Source of the DNA: Candidatus Saccharimonadota bacterium
GTDB taxonomy: Bacteria > Bacillota_I > Bacilli_A > Mycoplasmatales > Hepatoplasmataceae
NCBI RefSeq assembly: GCF_000582535.1
Contig: NZ_CP006932.1
Coordinates: 480,001 to 512,000 of the forward strand
Direction: 5' to 3'
DNA length: 32,000 nucleotides
In this document: piece after piece, positions 11,302 through 19,509 of the stretch
Position numbering within the stretch: the stretch's first letter is position 1
Layout of the letters: each line of letters starts with the position of its first letter
Program-made: the position numbers and the translations under genes
The notes under the pieces: generated by a model
Told to the model about the DNA's origin: nothing
The model's input: the letters and a program-made list of their open reading frames with translations, nothing else
Databases searched by the model: none

Positions 11302-11724
11302 ATGGCTTTTAAAAAAATTCATAACAACAAAACAAGATATTATTTTTTTGTAAAAAATAAAAATACAGAAATATATTTAACAAGAATTATAAATTTTACT
11401 GATTATAAAAATAATTTAATTAAGATTAAGGAATTCCCTCCAAATTTTGGCTATTTTATTTTTAATCCAAAGGGATTTAATTCTTTTTTAATAAATGAAA
11501 AATTAGATATTATTTTTACAGATTGAGATAATCATATTTTCCATTTAGAAAAAAACTTTAAAACAAATAGTTTTACAAAGGGTTTTAAAAATGCTAAATT
11601 TCTTTATATTCTTCCACAAAAAACAATTGATAATTTTAATATAAATTTAAATGATATTATTACACATCGTAGGATGAGTAATAAAAAATGAAGAAAAATT
11701 GAATTTAGAAAAATTAGCTACTAA
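11302..11724 (+). CDS. Hypothetical protein (140 aa); the only plus-strand gene in the window
   Basis: ATG 11302, two in-frame TGA codons (11524-11526 and in KKWRK), TAA 11722-11724. A TATAAT at 11273-11278 lies 24 nt upstream of the ATG. Basic, Asn/Phe-rich. No family recognised. Confidence 0.5.
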
Positions 11725-11729
11725 TAATA

Positions 11730-12374
11730 TTAAATTCTTTTATTTATATATTTAATAATTTTTTTTGTAACTTCATTAATAGCAAGATAATCTGTATCAA
11801 GTTCAAGATATTTTTTTGAATATTTACGAAAAATATCTTTATTTGCTTTTTTTGCATAATATCGATAATATAAGTCCTGTCAATATTCTCGATCAAATTT
11901 TTTCTCTTGTTCTCTATTTCTTTTTTCCATTCTTTTCATAATTACATCAAAAGAAGCACGAAGAACAATAAAAAAATCAGGTTTTTCAAACAAATTAATT
12001 TTATCAAGCATTGAATTATAAATTTGTTTATAAGCTTTTCCTAATTTATCTGATCTTGTTTTTTTAATTAGTCTTAATTCAGAAAAAATTTTATCCTCAA
12101 TAAAATGACGATCATAAATAATAATTATATTTTTATCATTTTTGTATTTTTGTTCAACTTCTATAAATTGATGAAATCTTTCAAATAAAAAATCTATTTG
12201 AGCAAGAAAACTTCAATTTATAAAATCATTAAAATAAAGATCAAAATATGGAGATTCAATTAATATTTCTCCCATAATGATTACTTTTTTTCCTTTTCGC
12301 TGATAGTAATTTTTTAAATTATTAACAGTTGTGCTTTTGCCAACTCCAGTTGTTCCACTGATAACTATCTTCAT
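11730..12374 (-). CDS. Deoxynucleoside kinase family protein, paralog 1 (214 aa)
   Basis: P-loop MKIVISGTTGVGKST, NPYF-like ESPYFDLYFND..W.F.AQIDFL, DRH motif IIYDRHFIEDKIF, Arg-rich lid MKRMEKRNREQEKK. ATG 12372-12374, TAA 11730-11732. Confidence 0.85.
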
Positions 12375-13008
12375 AATACTTTCCTTTTTTTATTATTTTT
12401 AAAATATCATCTAAAATTTTTCCCTTCGCTTGATCAGCATTTATTAAGAAAAAATAATCACTATTTTTTTTGAAATAATTTTTAATTTCAGAATCTTGAT
12501 AATATTTTTGATAGAGACTTCTTCAATATAAATTAAGTTTTAAATCTTGCTCTGATTCTCTTCCTCTTTTTTTAATTCTTAAAAGAGTTGTTTCAAAATC
12601 ACTTATAAGCAAGAAAAAATAAATTTTTTGTTTACGATAATTTATTCTTTCTAATAATTCTTGATTTATTCTTTTATAGATATTAAAATTAAAAGAAGAC
12701 ATTGATTCTTTTATTAGCGAAAGGGAAGAGAAAACATAATCATCAAGAAAATGACGATCATAAATATTAATATAATCATCATTATTATTAATAAAAACAG
12801 ATTTAAATCTCATTCTTAAAAAATCAATTTGTGTAAGAAAAGATCATTCTTCTTTATTTTTATAATAAAAATCAAGATAAGGGTTTTCATCTGCAATTTC
12901 TTTTATTAAATTTACTTTTAAATTTAAATCCTTTTTAAATTTAAGATAAAGCATTTTCGAAATAGTTGATTTTCCAACACCAACTGTTCCACTAATAATT
13001 ATGTCCAT
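12322..13008 (-). CDS. Deoxynucleoside kinase family protein, paralog 2 (228 aa) with a read-through C-terminal tail
   Basis: MDIIISGTVGVGKST, ENPYLDFYYKNKEEWSFLTQIDFL, IYDRHFLDDYVF, lid LLRIKKRGRESEQD. ATG 13006-13008. The first TAA/TAG in frame is at 12322-12324, so the last 53 nt overlap paralog 1 out of frame. Confidence 0.8.
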
Positions 13009-13014
13009 AAATAT

Positions 13015-13680
13015 TTATATATTTTTTTCTTTTTTAAGATAATTTAAAATCTCTTCCATTACAATTTCTGGGGTTTTATTATTTGTATCAATTACAATAA
13101 ATTTTTCAACATTTCTTTTAAAATGATTTTGAATCATTGGTCTTTTATAATAATTATGAAAAAGATCTTTTCAATATTCTAAATCAACATCTTTTTCTGC
13201 TTTTCGATTTCGATCTCTAAATCTTTCAATTACAGTATTAAAATCTGCTGTAAGCAAAAAGAAATAATCTGGTCTTGCATTCAAAAAATTCATTTTATCA
13301 ATTAATTCTTTATAAATTGCTTGATAAGTAATTGAATTTATATTAGAAATATTTTCCTTAATTGTGTGTAATTCAGCAAATACATAATCATCAAGAAAAT
13401 GACGATCATAAAGAGTAATATAATTATTTTTATTATTTTTTACAAAAAGTTCACGCTTTTTTTCATCTAATAATCACTGTTTAAATCTTCCTAATAAGAA
13501 ATCTAGTTGAGAAATAAATGCTCATTCTTGTGGATCTTTATAATAATAATCAAGATAAATTGATCTAACAGTCTCTTCCTTCAATAAATTTAAGTGATTT
13601 GTTTTTTTTAATTTTTTAAATAATAGTTCAGATACAGTTGATTTCCCAACACCAACTGTTCCAGAAATTACAATTCGCAT
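13015..13680 (-). CDS. Deoxynucleoside kinase family protein, paralog 3 (221 aa)
   Basis: MRIVISGTVGVGKST, SIYLDYYYKDPQEWAFISQLDFL, LYDRHFLDDYVFAEL, lid VIERFRDRNRKAEKD. ATG 13678-13680, TAA 13015-13017. Absent from the track because of four in-frame TGA codons. Confidence 0.85.
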
Positions 13681-13706
13681 AATAATCTTTTCTCCTATTT
13701 TTTTAT

Positions 13707-14276
13707 TTATGAAAGTTTAGAAATATATTTTTTTGTTTCTGTATTTATCAAAACTTTATCAGAAATGTTTATAAACTGAGGAACATCTATTTCAAGACCT
13801 GTTTCTAATTTTGCTTTTTTAGTTGCGTTTGTTACTGTATCACCTTTTATAGCATCAGTAGTTTCAATAACTTCTAATATAATATTTTTAGGAATCTCAA
13901 TATCTATTAAATGATCTTCAAAAAATAATAAATTTAAAGTTGTTTCAATTCCTAAAAAATCACGATTTTTTTCTATTTTTTGATCATTTATTTCAATTTG
14001 ATCAAAATTTTTATTATCCATAAAAAAAGCTTTATTTCCCTCAAAATAAAGAAATTGCATTGATTTTTTTAGAATATAAGCTTTTTCTACTTTTTCCCCA
14101 CCAACAAATGTTATATTTTGCAACGAATTTGTAAAAAGATTTTTTGCTTTTACTTTTACGTGGGCTTGCCCACGACCTGATTTTGCATGATTTGCTTCAA
14201 TTACTTGATAAACTTGATTATTTCTTAAAAAAGTAATTCCTTGCTTAAAATCATTTACATTAATTTGCTCAGCCAT
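13707..14276 (-). CDS. efp: Elongation factor P (189 aa)
   Basis: Intact track ORF. VNDFKQGITFLRNNQVYQVIEANHAKSGRGQAHVKVKAKNLFT matches the EF-P N-terminal KOW-like domain and the modified-residue loop (K/R-G-Q-A). Confidence 0.93.
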   Translation of the reverse strand: MAEQINVNDFKQGITFLRNNQVYQVIEANHAKSGRGQAHVKVKAKNLFTNSLQNITFVGGEKVEKAYILKKSMQFLYFEGNKAFFMDNKNFDQIEINDQKIEKNRDFLGIETTLNLLFFEDHLIDIEIPKNIILEVIETTDAIKGDTVTNATKKAKLETGLEIDVPQFINISDKVLINTETKKYISKLS

Positions 14277-14358
14277 ACTTTCTCCTATGTATTTATTAAT
14301 GATAAAGATAAAATTATTATTACATTTTAAATTAAATTTAAAAAATATAATAATTCTA

Positions 14359-15411
14359 TTATATTTTTAATTGGATTGGAGAATCATTTAAAATTTCATA
14401 TCCATTTTCTGTTACTAAAATATCTTGTTCTATTCTTACTCCAAATTCATTTGGAAGATATATTCCTGGTTCAATTGTTATTATCATTCCTTTTTTTAAA
14501 GTTAAATTTGTATTAGAACTTACAGTTGGGGCTTCATGAATATTTAAACCAACTCCATGTCCTAATGCATGAATAAAATATTTTTCATAACCTTCTTGCT
14601 TAAAAATTGTTCTTACAATTTCATCAATTTTTTTAATTTCTATTCCTGGTTTAATAGCTTCAATCGCTTTATTTAAACCATAATTAACAAGATTAAAGAT
14701 TTTTGTTTGCATTTTAGTTACATTTTTACCAATTAAAATAGTCCTTGTCATATCTGACTTATAACCCTTATAACTAACTCCAAAATCAATTGTAACAAGA
14801 TCTCCTTTTTTAATCGTATAATTTGTTGGTTCAATATGAGGATTTGAACTATTTTTTCCTGCTGCAATAATTGGAGAAAAAGCTGATTCACAATCCTTAT
14901 ATTCAATTAATAATTTTAAAAGTTTTTGTTTTACATCTTTTTCTGTTCTTCCTGCTTTTATATATTGTAAAATTCCTTTATAAATTTGATCAGTAATTAA
15001 ACAAGCTTTTTTAATTAAAGCAATTTCTTCATCATCTTTAATCATTCGCATATAATTAAATGATTCACCCTTAATTTTAAGTAAAGGATAATTAGCTTTA
15101 AGATAATTAAATTCTTTTAAACTTAAAAATTCATCATCTACTGATAATGGTTTTCCTGATTTTAATATTTCTGGAATTAAAATATTTTTAAAAGGTAAAG
15201 TAATTGCATTTAAAACATTTATTTTTTTTAATTTTTCCTGTGCTCTTTTAAAATATCTATCATCGGTAATTGCATATCAATTTTTATTAATATAAAATAA
15301 ACTTAAATTAGTTGATTTAAATGATGTAAGATAATAAACATCTTCAGGATTTGTAAATCAAATATTTTTATTATTTATTATTTTTTTTAAGTGATTTTCA
15401 TTGATTTTCAT
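14359..15411 (-). CDS. pepP: M24-family Xaa-Pro aminopeptidase/dipeptidase (350 aa)
   Basis: Metal-ligand motifs VTIDFG...YKSDMTRT, HALGHGVGLNIHE, ITIEPGIY, RIEQD. The creatinase-like N-terminal domain is recovered by reading two TGA codons. ATG 15409-15411 overlaps the upstream gene by 14 nt. Adjacent to efp as in Bacillus (yqhT-efp). Confidence 0.88.
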
Positions 15412-16579
15412 GATTATTTTTTGTATTATAATAATAATTTTTTAAAGCTTTTTTTCCTTTAATTTTTAAAACATAATGAATATAAGCTTCTTTTGTATTT
15501 TTATCCAAATTTTCAAATTTAATTCCGTTTTCTACTAATCTTTCAACTTGTTTTCTTAATAGTTTTTCAAAAGTAAAATCAAGGTTTTTATATGCTTGTT
15601 TTCTTTCTTGTCCAATTTCTCTCCCTTTGCGATCAGAAGCAATTTTATCAGCAACATAAATTATTTTATCTAATTTAGACATTTTTTTTGATGCTGTTGT
15701 ATGTTTTTTTATTGCTTTTAAAAACTTCTTATCTTTCATCTTATACATTTCTTCTAATCAATAAGAGCAAGCATATCCATGCATTGCAGGAAATGGGGGT
15801 AATTCTTCATTTGCTTTTAAATTTTTTTTTACATATTCAATTAAAAAATTCTTAGAATGATATTTAAAAAGGTCATGAATTAAACCAGCATAATAAGCTC
15901 TTTTTCAATTGTAATATTTATTTTCTTTTGCTAATCTTTTAGCATGCGAAGCAACAGAAACAGAGTGTTGATATCTTTTAAATTTCAAATTGTTGAAAAC
16001 AATTGTTTTCAAATAGAAATATTTTTTTGAAATATATTTTTTTGTTGGCTCTAAAAGCTCATCTCACCTTAAATTTTGTAAAATATCAGTAGATGAAATA
16101 TCATATATAATTTCATCAAAAAATTCAATATATTTTTCATCAATATTTTTATTATGACAAGATCCATTTATGAAACGTCTATAAACAATAATATTTGCTA
16201 GATTTTGAATATCTTTATATCTATATCAAGTATGAAAAGTTCGATAACGATCTTCTCCCATAATAAAATAAAATTGTTTTTCTGGATATTTTGTATTCAA
16301 TTTTAATAAAGTATCATAAGTATATGAAATATTATGATTTTTAATTTCAATATCGATTAATTTTATTCAATTAATTTTTAATTTTTTAAGAGTATATTTT
16401 ATTATTTTATATCGATCTTTTGCAGAAATATTTTCAATTGAAAAACTTTTATCAACAGTAATATAAGTAGGAATTATTCAAATTTGTTTTAATCCAAATT
16501 CTTTTTTTATATTTCTTACAATATTAATATGTCCTTTATGAAAAGGATTAAAAGTTCCTCCCAATATTCCTATTTTCAT
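15398..16579 (-). CDS. nadD: Fused nicotinate-nucleotide adenylyltransferase (NadD) + YqeK-type HD phosphohydrolase (393 aa)
   Basis: N-terminal half: MKIGILGGTFNPFHKGHINI (HxGH) and ISSTDILQNLR (ISSTxxR). C-terminal half: RYQHSVSVASHAKRLA...GLIHDLFK (H...HD) continuing into track ORF 15398-15748. One uninterrupted frame with six TGA=Trp codons. Confidence 0.85.
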
Positions 16580-16581
16580 TT

Positions 16582-17295
16582 TTATCCTAAATTTGTATAT
16601 ACATTTTGTACATCATCATTGTCTTCTAATATATCTATTAATTTTTCAACTTTTTCAAGATTCTTTTCTGATAAATTAATATAAGATTTAGGAATTTTTA
16701 AAACTTCAGAAGATAAAAATTCTGTAATTTTTGCTTTCTCTAATGATTCCTTTGTTTTAATTAAATTAGCAGGTGATACTTCAATAACTATTACATTATC
16801 TTCATTTAAGAAATCGATAATATCTAAATCTAATAATTTTGCAAAAACTTGGTCTGGATTATATTTTTCTTGATCTAATACAATTTGTCCTTTTACATCA
16901 AATAAATAAGAAACAGATCCTGTTGTTCCCAAATTTCCTCCTAATTTATTAAATACAGCCTTTACAAAAGCAGAAGTTCGATTAAGATTATCAGTAAGAC
17001 ATTCCACTAAAAAAGCAACACCATTTGGGCCATAACCTTCATAAGTTACTTCTGTAAAATTTTTTCCATCTTTTTCATTTTTCGATAATAATTTTTTAAT
17101 ATTATCGTTCGGCATATTTTTTGCTTTTGCTTTTTCAATTGCTAATCTTAAACGAGCATTTTTTGTTGGATCATTTCCCCCTTGTTTAATTGCAACTAAA
17201 ATCTCTTTTGCAAATTTTTGAAAAAGATTTGATCTTTTTGTATCTTGTGCTGCTTTTTTATGCTTAATATTTGCTCATTTTGAATGTCCAGACAT
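16582..17295 (-). CDS. yebC: YebC/PmpR-family DNA-binding regulatory protein (237 aa)
   Basis: MSGHSKWANIKHKKAAQD...NARLRLAIEKAKAKNMPNDNI...YEGYGPNGVAFLVECLTDNLNRT. The invariant W of GHSKW is TGA at 17275-17277. Confidence 0.92.
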
Positions 17296-17329
17296 AATAA
17301 TTAATTTTTAACCTTATCAATAGTTTATT

Positions 17330-17998
17330 TTAATATGAACTCTTGCCTTCTAATCCTTTTACAATATCAATTCCATTAGATGTTCCAAGTCTATCTGCTC
17401 CAGCTTTTATTAATTCTTCTGCTTGATTTAAAGTTCTGATTCCTCCTGAAGCTTTTATTTTTGCTCTTCCATCAATTATTTTTTTCATAAGTTTTACATC
17501 TTCCACTGTCGCTCCACTAGTATTAACAGCTGTTGATGTTTTAATAAAATTAAATCCAGCCTCTACTCCTAATTTTGTAGCTAATTCTTTTTCTTCTTTA
17601 TTTAAAAGTCCTGTTTCAATTATTAATTTAATTATTTTATTTTTTGTTATTTTTCTTAATAAAGCTAATTCTTTACGAAGATAATCTTGATCTTTTTCAT
17701 GTAGCTTACTTGCATTAATAATAAAATCTAGTTCATCCGCCCCATCTTTGATTGCTTGTTTTGCTTCAAATGCTTTTGTTCTTGCTGATTGTTGCCCATA
17801 AGGAAATCCAATTACAGTAACAACTAAAACATTATTTTTATGTAATTTTTCTTGGACATGAGAAACTCAAAAAGGAGCAATACATAAACCTTTAAATTTA
17901 TATTTTATTGCATCATTTATCGCTTGATCAATTTCTTTTGTTAATACATCTCTTTTTAGTAAAGTATGATCTATATATTCATTTATATTTTTTTCCAT
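17330..17998 (-). CDS. deoC: Deoxyribose-phosphate aldolase (222 aa)
   Basis: YIDHTLLK, VIGFPYG, DELDFIIN, Schiff-base Lys region FNFIKTSTAV, KASGGIRT. ATG 17996-17998, TAA 17330-17332, one TGA=Trp. Not in the track. Confidence 0.9.
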
Positions 17999-18031
17999 TT
18001 TAATACCTAACCTTTATAACTTTTAGTAAAA

Positions 18032-18055
18032 ATAATCTTATATTAATAAGATTAT
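18032..18055 (-). promoter_or_regulatory. Perfect 9-N6-9 palindrome (candidate operator) overlapping the deoC-proximal -10 box
   Basis: ATAATCTTA (18032-18040), TATTAA, TAAGATTAT (18047-18055): 9/9 complementary arms. The right arm overlaps 5 nt of the -10 hexamer at 18051-18056. Confidence 0.45.
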
Positions 18056-18058
18056 ACA
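18051..18058 (-). promoter_or_regulatory. Extended -10 promoter element TGTATAAT, deoC-proximal
   Basis: The minus strand reads TGTATAAT, about 55 nt upstream of the deoC ATG and downstream of the terminator. No good -35, but the TG extension compensates. Confidence 0.45.
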
Positions 18059-18085
18059 TAAATTAACAATCATTATAATTTTAAG

Positions 18086-18118
18086 AAAATAAAAAGCCAC
18101 AAACCGGAGTTTATGGCT
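18086..18118 (-). terminator. Rho-independent terminator (minus strand)
   Basis: Minus-strand RNA AGCCAUAAAC-UCCG-GUUUGUGGCU followed by UUUUUAUUUU. It is a 10-bp stem with one U.G wobble. On the plus strand the same position would be a C.A mismatch with no following U-run, so it is strand-specific. It is the only GC-containing hairpin of this quality I saw in the window. Confidence 0.75.
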
Positions 18119-18233
18119 ATTTCTAAATTTTTTAGTACTTATCTCTTTGATTGAGTCATCAATTCTTCATTCTAAAGTCTAATGTCTAAATTCTACTATC
18201 TTATGATTGTCTATTATTCTACTTCCCAATCAA
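18119..18233 (-). ncRNA. Candidate structured leader RNA or sRNA (unclassified): P1 stem enclosing UAG heptad repeats, ending in the terminator at 18086-18118
   Basis: Predicted start is about 7 nt downstream of the -10 box at 18239-18244. The 5' arm UUGAUUGGG (18233-18225) pairs with CUCAAUCAA (18155-18147): 9 bp including one G.U, enclosing 69 nt. No ORF longer than 12 codons on this strand. Confidence 0.35.
18161..18221 (-). repeat. Phased UAG/TAGA repeats (7-nt period)
   Basis: Minus strand: TAGAATAA TAGACAATCATAAGA TAG TAGAATT TAGACAT TAGACTT TAGAATG AAGAATT. Four consecutive in-phase heptamers occupy 18168-18195. There are seven UAG triplets in 54 nt. Confidence 0.7.
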
Positions 18234-18238
18234 ATATT

Positions 18239-18267
18239 ATTTTAGCATAAAATTTATAAAAAAACAA
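18239..18267 (-). promoter_or_regulatory. Sigma-70-type promoter: TTGTTT-N17-TAAAAT with TG extension
   Basis: The minus strand reads TTGTTT (18267-18262), a 17-nt spacer ending in TGC, then TAAAAT (18244-18239), giving TGCTAAAAT as an extended -10. It lies 16-44 nt downstream of the Zn-ribbon gene stop. Confidence 0.5.
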
Positions 18268-18282
18268 ATTTTATTTTAAAGT

Positions 18283-18564
18283 TTATTGTTGTGGTTCTGA
18301 AGCAGTTTCGCTTCATCTTTCAAGTTCTGGAAGTTTTTTATTATACATATTTATCATAAATTTTGGAAAATGTTTTTTCTTCATTTCTTCTGCATTTTTA
18401 TCTTGCATATCTTTTACAGTAAAATTTGGACTTGTAAATTCTCCATTTTTATAACAATATGAACAGTATTTTTCAGATGGTGATCCATCTTTTTCTTTTG
18501 CTGGACCGTTTTTATCCCTTTTCAAAGGCATTCCACATGATTGGCAAATTTTTTGATTACTCAT
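18283..18564 (-). CDS. Zinc-ribbon domain protein (93 aa)
   Basis: MSNQKICQSCGMPL...EKYCSYCYKNGEFT: CxxC-N21-CxxC, then a basic helical tail. It resembles the 'putative zinc ribbon domain' proteins of Firmicutes (ICQSCGMP...YC.YC...G.F). The TGA at 18313-18315 is read as Trp, giving 9 more residues before TAA 18283-18285. Confidence 0.7.
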
Positions 18565-18609
18565 TTTTTATCCTTTTCTTAATTAAAAATATAAATTAAT
18601 TATAATAAA

Positions 18610-19509
18610 TTAATTTATAAAATCACGATAATTTTTTCCTTTTAAAATAATTTCTCCGTACAACAATCCTTTTATTCTTTCTATTATTCGCATTATATTT
18701 TTATTTTCAAATAAATCTTGTTGCTTTTTATTTCCAATTTCATTTTTAAGAATCATTTGATATTGTTTTAATGAATAATTTGAAACAAAAAAAGTTAATT
18801 TATTTGCTTCTAATCGATGATTTACAATCGGAAGTAAAAAATTATTGCGAATTCAACTATTTGATTTTTCTGCCCCGATATCATCAATTACTAAAACCTC
18901 TGCATTTTTCAAATAATTAAATTTCTGGGCACTAGAAATTTCACTTGTATTAGAAGAGATATTATTCTGATAATCAATAATAAAATCAGGTCAAAAAATA
19001 TAAGCTACTTTAAGATTTAAATTTTTTGCAACAAAATTTAAAAAAGCAATCATTATATAACTTTTGCCAACACCAAAATCACCAGAAATCCAAAGACCCT
19101 TACCTCTTTTTTTATTTTTTAATTTATTCAAAATCTCAAAGAGATTTTTTTGTAAAACAATTCGCTCTTTTGTTCAATAAATATCTTTATCAATATCAAT
19201 TAAATAATTATATTTATCAGGAAGAGAAAAATAATAATTACCTGAAATTTTACTAATAATTAATTCTTTATTTCGATCCACATCTTTTATCGAAAAATTA
19301 AAAACAAATTGTTGATTTTCAATTGAAAGATTTAAATTATATTTTTTAAGGTTATCATTTTTTTCTTCATATTGATCAATATATTTTAATAAAATATTTT
19401 GATTTTTAAGAATTTCTTGTTCAGAAATATTATTTTTTTGTATTTCTAAAAATAAATTCTTGTCTATTTTTTCTATTTTTTCTAATAAGTATTCTGAATT
19501 ATTTTTCAT
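18610..19509 (-). CDS. dnaI: Primosomal helicase-loader DnaI (AAA+; 299 aa)
   Basis: Walker A ISGDFGVGKSY and Walker B VLVIDDIGAE in the C-terminal half, recovered by reading TGA 19174-19176 as Trp. The start overlaps the upstream dnaB-type gene by 11 nt, the Firmicute dnaB-dnaI arrangement. Confidence 0.85.

Noticed and set aside
18113-18175. 20-codon plus-strand ORF (MAISKFFSTYLFDWVINSSF) preceded by GGAG
   Set aside because: The GGAG is the loop of the minus-strand terminator hairpin and sits only 3 nt from the ATG. There is no plus-strand promoter, and every neighbour is on the minus strand. It cannot be excluded without ribosome profiling.
18147-18233. Purine/2'-deoxyguanosine riboswitch (known in Mesoplasma) or SRP/4.5S RNA
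   Set aside because: The size and closing stem are compatible with a purine aptamer. However, I cannot find the conserved junction and loop sequences (UAUA..GAUAUGG..GUUUCUACC..CCGUAAA..ACUA). The hairpin loop UCCG and flanks lack the SRP domain IV GNAR/AGCA features.
18147-18233. Miniature inverted-repeat transposable element (9-bp terminal inverted repeats flanking 69 nt)
   Set aside because: There is no flanking target-site duplication, no second copy in the 32 kb and no transposase nearby. The inverted repeat is explained equally well as an RNA stem starting at the predicted +1.
19026-19256. 76-aa plus-strand ORF in the track
   Set aside because: It is antisense to the dnaI Walker A region. 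Shadow ORF.
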